From Eledone cirrhosa (lineage: Eukaryota): DNA of 64,000 nt. Below are positions 53,163 through 64,000 of this stretch, in pieces (within the stretch, counting starts at the first letter, position 1; each line of letters opens with the position of its first letter). The DNA lies in NCBI GenBank assembly GCA_964016885.1, contig OZ024746.1:70122001-70186000 (forward strand), in the 5' to 3' direction. A program made the translations under genes and the position numbers. A model generated the notes under the pieces. The model did no database searches. It saw nothing but the letters and a program-made list of their open reading frames with translations, and was not told the DNA's origin.

Positions 53163-54789
53163 TAATGTGAAGACATGATGCTGGATTGGCAAAATCGTTA
53201 GTTCAAGTTCTGAGTTTAAAATCCACCGAGGTCAATTTTGCTTTAATCCTTCAGAGGTCGATAAAATAAAGTACCAGTCTATCCCTGGGGTCAATTTAAT
53301 TGACTTTCCATTACCCTTAAAATCGCTGACCATGTGTCACATAATTGGACGTGAAGGCGCGTAGCCTAAAGCTTATGGCGTTGAACTGAGAATCATATGA
53401 ACGTGGGTTCGATTCTTGAACCGGTCGGTGTGCTGTGTTCTTGAGCAAGTTGCTTTATTTTACCTTGCTTTCCATAATATGACTGAAGCCTCTTATCATT
53501 TAGATACACAGGAAACCTCCCCCTTTGTATGAGGTCAGCGAAACTTACATAGGTGTGAGCTATTTCATTTTTCATATTTGATATTGTATTGTATCTGATA
53601 CTAGTTATGATGGTGATGGTGATGGTGATGATGGTGATGATTTTAAAGATGATGATTATAATAATAATAGCGATGATTATAACGATGATGGTGATAATTA
53701 TAATGATGATGCTCAGTATAATGATGATGATTATAATGATGGTGTAGAAGATGAAGTCGATCATAATGATGTTGGTTATGATAACAATGGTGACGGAAGT
53801 TGTTTCAGTAAAAAAAAAACCCTTTCTAAATCGTTTCTTTTTTTTTCTTTTGGTGGTGGTGGGGGTGTTGTTATTGTTGCTGTTGGTGATGGTGGTGTTA
53901 TTGTTGTTTTACCTTTCATTTCATTTTTTTTTTTTTCTTCTGTTTGATGCACCTGCGTTCAGTGAATTAATAAAACTGATCATTTGGAAATGATTTCAGA
54001 AATAAATTCATGAAGGAAAAATAAAGCAACATCACAAACGACCAGAGCAAGCAAATAAAAATACACAACATCACTAACAAGCTCAGCAAATAAAAATATA
54101 CAACATTAATAACAAGCAAACATAATATTAACAACACCGTCAACAACAACAACAACAACAACACAAATAACAAAAATAACAAGCATACCAATAAGACAAG
54201 ATTGTTGTATTCTAGCTAAGAAGCGTTTGCCAAGAAGATTAAATTGCTGGAATTTGATTAGAGTTTGAATGAGTGTAAAAAGGAAAATATTAATAGCAAT
54301 TTAAATATATTTTCTTTTATTTTTTCTTTGTGAATTTTCAACTTTATTTATGTATATTATTTAGTATTATTTGTTATATTTTATTATTAAGTTATTACTA
54401 AAAATTTGTATGTATGTCATCAATAATTCTTTTCATGATGTTAGAGGTTCCACAGATATTGCTGGCTCCATAAATGTTAAACGCTACTTAATTCCAAAAG
54501 TTCTCTTCTATTGTCCTTTCTCTCACTATCTTCATACCCCCCCCCCCTCATACTCTATATATGTCGGTCTATGTGTGTGTGTGTGTATGTGCATGTCTGC
54601 ATATGTGTGTATGTCTGTGAATGTGTGTGTGTTGTTGTTGTTATTGTTTTTGAAGACACCTCTATATTGCATTTGGAACAAATTTCTTTAGCTCATGATG
54701 TTGTCAACGTTTCCAGACACTCACGGTCTCATCATTGGAAGTGTCTTTGGTTTATTTTTTTAGTCGTTTTTATTATTATAGACATATGT

Positions 54790-55260
54790 GAGGGTGGTGG
54801 ATTGGCAGTATCGATAGAGCGTCGGACACCGTGCTTTGCAGCATAGAGTTATGGCCCTTTACCTCCTGAGTTCAAATCCCTCCGAGATTAGCTTTTACCT
54901 TTCATTCTTACGGGATCGATAAAATAAAGTACCTGTCACGCACTGGATCGATTCAATCGATTTTCCCCTCCCCCCCAAAATTGCTGGCGTTGTGCCTATA
55001 TAAGAAACTATTATTATTATAGATATGTGAGGGCGGTGGATTGGCAGTATCGGTAGAGCGTCGGACACCATGCTTTGTAACATAGAGTTATGGCCCTTTA
55101 CCTTCTGAGTTCAAATCACGCCGAAGTTAGCTTTACCTTTCATCCTTACGGGGTCGATAAAATAAAGTACCAATAATGCACTGGGGTCGATTTAATGGAC
55201 TTTCCCCTCCCCCCCAAAAAAAAATTGCTGGCCTTCTGCTTAAAGTAGAAACAATTTTTA
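54790..55260 (+). mobile_element. Tandem dimer of SINE S1
   Basis: Two full heads at about 54791 and 55030; TATAGA(CA)TATGT before, between and after. Confidence 0.88.
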
Positions 55261-55776
55261 TAGACATATGTTGTTATATGCAGTTCTTCTTACCACACAA
55301 TCATTTTGTGATTCTCATGCGGGAATTTGAAGATTAAAGCTTCATCGTTATGCAGACCAGCCAAACTCTAAAATCCCAAACGGTAAAAGCAATGTTTCTA
55401 AGATTAAATATATTTCTCAGTCCCGAGGATTAGTTTCGCTTCCTGAGCCGTTTGCGGTTTCACCATTCATTTACGGCCTGAACTTACACTTGCATGGCTT
55501 AAGCTTTGAAAAAAGCATATAACTACTGACAGGCTCAACCACACATATATATTTACACATGCTTACATGTAAATATATATTTACTCAGACATTCTGAACA
55601 TCGTATACACGCCTAACAGTAGAGTTGAGTGTTCGTTTTTTTATCGAATCCAGTTCACTTCCACTAGATGATAAAGCCGCTGTGAAAAGAAATGAATTTT
55701 CTAATAAGCGATTCTTAATAAGACTTTGTGTTAGAAAAACACAGATATGAAAAGTAAACAACATTATTTTCCTTGA

Positions 55777-55970
55777 TGGTGGATTGGCAGTATCGGTAGA
55801 GGGTCGGACGCTATGCTTTGCAGCAAAAAAAAGTTATGTCCCTTTAAGGTCTGAGTTCAAATCCCGCCGAGGTTAACTTTGCCTTTCATCCTTACGGGGT
55901 CGATAAAATAAAGTACCAGTAATACACTGGATTAATTGCTGGCCTTGTGCCAAAAGTAGAAACAATTATT
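55777..55970 (+). mobile_element. SINE S1 with TSD
   Basis: ATTATTTTCCTTGA duplicated. Confidence 0.88.
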
Positions 55971-56064
55971 TTCCTTGAAGAAACATAACGGAAATTTGAA
56001 CATACCTTTTTCTTTTTGAAAAACCTCTTCAATGGAGATGAAATATAAATAACAATTGAATAAG

Positions 56065-56275
56065 TCAGGTAAAATACTCCTGGTGGCGGGAAAAGGGGAA
56101 AGAACCACCAGGTAAATTACTCGTGATGACGAAAATGGGAGAGAACCGCTATGTAAATTACACGTGATGAGGAAAAAGGGGGAGACAGTCAGTTAAAGTA
56201 CTCATGATGACGAAAAGGGAAGATAACCGACAGTTAAAGTACTCATATTGATGAGAAAAGAGGAGAGAACCTCAT
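56065..56275. repeat. About 42-bp diverged minisatellite x5
   Basis: Recurring GTAAATTACTCGTGATGACGAAAA.GGGAGAGAACC. Confidence 0.7.
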
Positions 56276-56539
56276 GTGAGTTACAAAGATTGTAGGCGTA
56301 TGAGATAAAACACCTGGCGTGAATACTTTGTTCGATTTCTGCAGGTGGTTCTGTACAATTTTTCCTTCGCCAATGCTAATTACCCAGCCCTTTCAATCAT
56401 TATTTATAGTTCACTTACATTATGGCTGGTTTCAATATACTGGACGCATTTAGAGATATGAACATCATAATAAGTGATTTAGTAAGACTTTGTGTTAGTA
56501 AAAAACACAAACCTAGACGCCATAATAAGCGACTTATAT

Positions 56540-56880
56540 ATTTTGCTAGGTCTGGAGGAAGGGGCAGTGCCCACAAACTTTGCAAGCTCTCTCAGATCAA
56601 TGAGAATGATACAGTTGATGTTCAGTTTAAATTATTGCAGGTGGGCTTCCGTAGGGAGGATAGGAACAATGAGACTATTCCAAAGCGACGAGGTTCTGGG
56701 GAAGAAGAACTGTGTGTATGTAACGGTTAATACGGGACCTGGGTGGTTGAATACAATGTGTGTGAAGAGAAGAAGAGCGATGCATGAGATACAAATACCT
56801 GAGCAGTAGTAGTAGCAGGAGGTTAGCTAGGTCCAATGAGCAAAGGCCATTGTAGTAGCGAAAGAAAAGACAGAGAGAGG
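56540..56880 (-). mobile_element. CR1-like LINE 3' end
   Basis: Minus translation ...SSFFPRTSSLWNSL..., a typical CR1/L2-group C-terminus. Confidence 0.6.
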
Positions 56881-57170
56881 AATCTTAGTAAGACTTTGTT
56901 TTAGTAAAAACACAAATATGAACGTCTCAATAAGAAATTCCTAATAGGACTTAGTAATATGGCTGTGTTAGTAACAACACAGTCATATTACTGCAATCTC
57001 GTTCACGCACAAATTGTTGCGTGACATTATTATATTAGACATGTGTCAGTTTTGACGTCTACATAACCCTCGCTTACACTTACAGAGGAAGAGAAGTGGT
57101 GTGTGATCAAGATAAACTTAGACATTCATTCCTGATCACAAATATATGCATTAATACACACAGGCGTTCA

Positions 57171-57215
<45 letters not shown>

Positions 57216-57420
57216 GCATTCACATAAACAGAGAGGCAGTCACACACTGACAGAGGCATTCACATTCACACACACACACACACTCACACGCGCACACATC
57301 ATACACAGAGGCATATATACACTCAGTAAGGCATTCACACACACACATACACACTGGCATTCACATATTCCCACACAAGCATTCACACATACAGGCATCC
57401 ACCCATACACATACGCAGGT

Positions 57421-57490
<70 letters not shown>

Positions 57491-57798
57491 TCACATAAGC
57501 ACACACGCAGGCATTCACTCACAGAGGCATTCACACATACACAAACAAACACACACACACACACACACACACACATACGCGCGCGCGCACACGCACACGC
57601 ACACGCACACGCACACAAACACACACAGTGGCCCATGCATTAGTATGCACACTATGTGTTTTATCTCAATTCTCTGTAATCTTTGAAACTTACTTGTTGG
57701 ATATATTTTTTTTTATTGATATATAGGGTTATTGCTTTCATTTTGTTTTCTATAAGATAAAAAACTCCGAAACATTTATGTCGGATAATAACTTTTGC

Positions 57799-60700
57799 GT
57801 ATTTACAATAACACTGTATTTACAATAACACGATATATACAATAACACTGTATTTACAATAACACTGTATTTACAATAACACTGTATTTACAATAACATT
57901 GTATTTACAATAACACAATATTTACAATAACACTGTATTTACAATAACACTGTATTTACAATAACATTGTATTTACAATAACACAATATTTACAATAACA
58001 CTGTATTTACAATAACACTGTATTTACAATAACACTGTATTTACAATAACACTGTATTTACAATAACATTGTATTTACAATATTATTGTAAATATTTACA
58101 ATAACACTGTATTTACAATAACACTGTATTTACAATAACACTGTATTTACAATAACATTGTATTTACAATAACACAATATTTACAATAACACTGTATTTA
58201 CAATAACACTGTATTTACAATAACACAATATTTACAATAACACTGTATTTACAATAACACTGTATTTACAATAACACTGTATTTACAATAACATTGTATT
58301 TACAATAACACAATATTTACAATAACACTGTATTTACAATAACACTGTATTTACAATAACACTGTATTTACAATAACATTGTATTTACAATAACACAATA
58401 TTTACAATAACACTGTATTTACAATAACATTGTATTTACAATAACACAATATTTACAATAACACTGTATTTACAATAACACAATATTTACAATAACACTG
58501 TATTTACAATAACACGATATATACAATAACACTGTATTTACAATAACACAATATTTACAATAACACGATATATACAATAACACTGTATTTACAATAACAC
58601 TGTATTTACAATAACACTGTATTTACAATAACACAATATTTACAATAACACTGTATTTACAATAATACTGTATTTACAATAACACTGTATTTACAATAAC
58701 ACTGTATTTACAATAACACTGTATTTACAATAAGACAATATTTACAATAACACTGTATTTACAATAACACTGTATTTACAATAACACTGTATTTACAATA
58801 ACACTGTCTTTACAATAACACTATTTACAATAACATTACAATAGCACTGTATTTACAATAACACGATATATACAATAGCACTGTATTTACAATAACACGA
58901 TATATACAATAACACTGTATTTACAATAACACGATATATACAATAACACTGTATTTACAATAACACAATATTTACAATAACACTGTCTTTACAATAACAC
59001 TGTATTTACAATAACACTGTATTTACGATAACAGTGTAGTTACAATAACACAATATTTACAATAACACGATATATACAATAACACTGTATTTACAATAAC
59101 ACGATATATACAATAACACTGTATTTACAATAACACAATATTTACAATAACACCGTCTTTACAATAACACGATATTTACAATAACACTGTATTTACAATA
59201 ACAGTGTAGTTACAATAACACAATATTTACAATAACACGATATATACAATAACACTGTATTTACAATAACACGATATATACAATAACACTGTATGTACAA
59301 TAACACAATATTTACAATAACACGGTATTTACAATAACACAATATTTACAATAACACGATATATACAATAACACGATATTTACAATAACACGATATATAC
59401 AATAACACGATATTTACAATAACACGATATATACAATAACACTGTATTTACAATAACACAATATTTACAATAACACTGTATTTACATTAACACTGTATTT
59501 ACATTAACACTGTCTTTACAATAACACTGTATTTACAATAACACTGTATTTACAATAACACGATATATACAATAACACTGTATTTACAATAACACGATAT
59601 ATACAATAACACGATATATACAATAACAGTGTATTTACAATAACACAATATTTACAATAACACGGTATTTACAATAACACAATATTTACAATAACACTGT
59701 CTTTAGAATAACACGATATTTACAATAACACGATATATACAATAACACGATATTTACAATAACACGATATATACAATAACACTGTATTTACAATAACACG
59801 ATATATACAATAACACGATATATACAATAACAATGTATTTTCAATAACACGATATATACAATAACACGATATATACAATAACACTGTATTTACAATAACA
59901 TGATATTTACAATAACACGATATGTACAATAACACTGTATTTACAATAACACGATATTTACAATAACACGATATTTACAATAACACGATATATACAATAA
60001 CACTGTATTTACAATAACACGATATTTACAATAACACGATATATACAATAACACTGTATTTACAATAACACGATATTTACAATAACACGATATTTACAAT
60101 AACACGATATATACAATAACACTGTATTTACAATAACACGATATATACAATAACACGATATATACAATAACAATGTATTTTCAATAACACGATATATACA
60201 ATAACACGATATATACAATACCACTGTATTTACAATAACACGATATTTACAATAACACGATATATACAATAACACTGTATTTACAATAACACGATATTTA
60301 CAATAACACGATATATACAATAACACTGTATTTACATTAACAGTGTAGTTACAATAACACGATATTTACAATAACACGATATTTACAATAACACGATATA
60401 TACAATAACACTATTTACAATAACACGATATTTACAATAACACGATATTTACAATAACACGATATATACAATAACACTATTTACAATAACACGATATTTA
60501 CAATAACACGATATATACAATAACACTATTTACAATAACACGATATTTACAATAACACGATATTTACAATAACACGATATATACAATAACACTATTTACA
60601 ATAACACTGTATTTACAATAACACGATATATACAATAACACGATATATACAATAACACTGTATTTACAATAACACGATATTTACAATAACACGATATATA

Positions 60701-61446
60701 CAATAACACTGTATTTACATTAACAGTGTAGTTACAATAACACGATATTTACAATAACACGATATTTACAATAACACGATATATACAATAACACTATTTA
60801 CAATAACACGATATTTACAATAACACGATATTTACAATAACACGATATATACAATAACACTATTTACAATAACACGATATTTACAATAACACGATATATA
60901 CAATAACACTATTTACAATAACACGATATTTACAATAACACGATATTTACAATAACACGATATATACAATAACACTATTTACAATAACACTGTATTTACA
61001 ATAACACGATATATACAATAACACGATATATACAATAACAATGTATTTTCAATAACACGATATATACAATAACACGATATATACAATACCACTGTATTTA
61101 CAATAACACGATATTTACAATAACACGATATATACAATAACACTGTATTTACAATAACACGATATTTACAATAACACGATATATACAATAACACTGTATT
61201 TACATTAACAGTGTAGTTACAATAACACGATATTTACAATAACACGATATTTACAATAACACGATATATACAATAACACTATTTACAATAACACGATATT
61301 TACAATAACACGATATTTACAATAACACGATATATACAATAACACTATTTACAATAACACGATATTTACAATAACACGATATTTACAATAACACGATATA
61401 TACAATAACACTGTATATACAATAACACTGTATTTACATTAACAAT
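57799..61446. repeat. 17-bp satellite, roughly 215 copies
   Basis: Unit TATTTACAATAACACTG with variants TATATACAATAACACGA and 15-bp units. Confidence 0.95.
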
Positions 61447-61640
61447 GATTTAGGCACAAGGCCAGCAATCTGAAGGGCAGGGGTAAGTCGATTAAATCGA
61501 CCCCAATGCATTACTGGTACTTTATTCTATCGACCCCGTAAGTAGGAAATGCAAAGCTAACCTTGGTGGGATGTGAACTCAGAACGTAAAGGGTTGTAAC
61601 TCTATGCTGCAAAGCATGGTATGCGACGCTCTACCGATAC
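61447..61640 (-). mobile_element. SINE S1 abutting the satellite; further minus-strand copies at about 62020-62270 and 63160-63330
   Basis: Reverse complement of the S1 consensus. Confidence 0.8.
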
Positions 61641-62869
61641 ATAATAAAATACCAACCAAGTACTGCTGTCTATCAAGTAACAGAGTAGCAGTTAAATACC
61701 AATGTCTCTTAAATAATAAAGTACCAGTCCAATACTGAGGTTTGTAAACTGATTGAATACCATTTATGTCTATAAAATCAATAATACCAGTCCACCCAAA
61801 TTTGAAGGCTTGTGTCTACGTTGGAAATCAATATTATCTAAATGGAATTATCCGTTTATACAATAATATTTACGTCCGTTTTTCCATGCTTGTAACGGTT
61901 GGATGAAGTCTGGAACTGATACTGTTTCTATGTGGTGTTAAGTGACTGAGAATAGAAGAATTTCTCATAAACTGGACGCCAATCCTAATCATCCCCGTAA
62001 ATATCAAAGGCTAACCTCGATGGGATTTGAACTCAAAACGAAAAGGGCCGTAACTATATGCTATAAAACCAGCTTAATAATTGTTTCTACTTTTGGCACA
62101 ATGCCAGCAATTACCCAGTGCATTACTCGTATTTTATTTTATTGACTCCATAAGGATGAAAGGCAAAAGTCAAATCGACCCCAGTGCAGTACAGTAACGC
62201 ACTGGGGTCGATTTGACTTTCCCTTTCTCCAAAATGGTTGGCCTTATGCCTAAATCAGAAACCAGCTTAATAATGAGAATGCTAGTTAAATTACTAAATC
62301 AATTCAAATATATGATTATTTTCAAAATTACTTAAAATCCATAGGCAGTGTCCTTCATTAGAAATATTTCAGCGAAAGAGAACATTTTGGACCTGGTCTT
62401 AAAGAAACTAGCAGATCTTCAAATGTAGATTACCAAAAGAATTTTCAAATGAAAACATTTAGCTGTTTTATAGCTAGTCTTTTTTTTAAACTTTTGTCTT
62501 ATTTTTATTTTTAGCCTCCTTTTTTTTTTGTCTCTCACTCTTTTGTTTTTTGTTTCTTAATTATAACAGGTGTTAGATACCTTTCCCGGTTTGTCATGGC
62601 TTACCAGCTCTATACGGACGTTTAAATTAAATAAATAAATCTTCATTAGATTCCATATAATGATTTTGTGTGGATGGTAATCTGTTTCGATTGAATTTCT
62701 TTCAGTTATTTCGATAATTTTCAATATTTTCATCATTAATTTAAAAGTGAAATTATATGAAACTTTACATGCTTCCATATGTATGTATATTTTCATGTCT
62801 ATCTATCTACTTACCCATCTGTCTGTCTGTCTCATCCTCTCTCCCCATGTCTACAGAGATAGAGAGCGG

Positions 62870-62907
<38 letters not shown>

Positions 62908-62912
62908 GAGAG

Positions 62913-62949
<37 letters not shown>

Positions 62950-63488
62950 AAAAGAATAAATAAAACATAAGAAGAGAAAGGAACGGAAAGTTCGTGGGGC
63001 GGGGTTGGTGGGAGAAAAATCACGTGTATGCTCTGCAAGCGATTTTCATATATTTTATGTATTTTATATATTTTATATATTTTATATATTTTATATATCT
63101 TAAGAAACATTGGGAAAATTAAACATTTGAAATCTAGCCGTCTTAACATAAATGACTATAATAATTGTTTCTACTTTTGACACAAGGCCAGCAATTACCC
63201 ATTGCATTACTGGTACTTTATTTTATCGATCCCGTAAGGGTGAAAGGCAAAGTTAACCCCAACGGGATTTGAACTCAGCCCGTAAAGGGACGTAACTATG
63301 CTGGAAAGCATGGCGTCCGATCCTCTACCGATTAATAATAGTCGATCACTATAAACAATATTTGAGAAAATCGGGTAAAGTACACCTGGAGACGGAAAAA
63401 CTGGACAGCGGGTACTTTACCCAATGTTCTCGCCTATTGTTACAGTGATCGACTACTGTTATAGTTATTTAGGTTTGGATGACTACAG

Positions 63489-63563
<75 letters not shown>

Positions 63564-63569
63564 TATATA

Positions 63570-63808
63570 TATTAATAAAAGGGAATTTCAACTTTGTCTG
63601 ATTTACTCGTTTTATTCAACTGTTGAAAATTGCAAACTTGACTATCACCACACAACATGAACCTGAAGATTGCGAAAGCATGAAAGTACTTGTTCAATTA
63701 ACACTTAACATTTAATATTCTACCATACTATTTCATTCTAATATCATTATAAATTTTAAAGGATTGTAAATAAAACGAGTAAATCAGACAAAGTTGGAAT
63801 CCCTTTTA

Positions 63809-63813
<5 letters not shown>
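63570..63813 (+). mobile_element. Family G inverted-repeat element between (TA)n
   Basis: About 45-bp inverted ends; body nearly identical to 33466-33700. Confidence 0.82.
63658..63696 (+). ncRNA. Minimal type I hammerhead ribozyme (family G)
   Basis: Identical to 33542-33580. Confidence 0.8.
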
Positions 63814-63876
<63 letters not shown>

Positions 63877-63882
<6 letters not shown>

Positions 63883-64000
63883 AAGAGTGAAGAATAACAT
63901 GGTCAACAGTACTTCACTCTTTCACTATTATTACTCCAAGATTGGTTTACATAGGAACTCCTGAGAACCCATTTACTCGCTACCTAAAGAAACCTCTTGT
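63877..64000 (+). mobile_element. Short fold-back element after (TA)n, running off the window
   Basis: TAGTGAAAGAGTGAAG ... CTTCACTCTTTCACTA inverted pair followed by an unpaired tail. Confidence 0.5.

Noticed and set aside
54690-54750. Possible microRNA hairpin in unique sequence (also inspected about 43190-43330 and 29860-30010)
   Set aside because: Pairing is too short and there is no match to conserved miRNAs that I recognise.
56115-56220. TGATGACGAAA as hammerhead cores
   Set aside because: No stem II between the TGATGA and GAAA parts and no stems I or III; part of a minisatellite.

Overview
Eukaryotic, AT-rich, microsatellite-saturated DNA that is almost entirely non-coding or repeat-derived. 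The SINE types and repeat landscape suggest an octopod cephalopod (inference). Nearly all listed ORFs are microsatellite artefacts. Supported content: one candidate host exon (signal-peptide-like, minus strand, 11180-11252); four decayed Penelope-like elements (PLEs) with a C-terminal GIY-YIG endonuclease (three also show the CxC linker; Hydra-clade-like); two copies of an R4/Dong-like RLE LINE sitting in (CATA)n, one split by a non-autonomous Helitron; RTE, CR1-like and L1/Tx1-like fragments; an internally deleted mariner with about 100-bp TIRs; many tRNA-derived SINEs; and two satellites (35 bp and 17 bp). The main signal is a swarm of short (TA)n-anchored, often fold-back elements carrying type I hammerhead ribozyme (HHR) motifs from at least eight sequence-distinct families. 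Several have recurrent non-canonical cores (U.U at the base of stem II, a CAGAAGA core, very long stem II). All folding and alignment was done by eye, and coordinates of decayed repeats are approximate.
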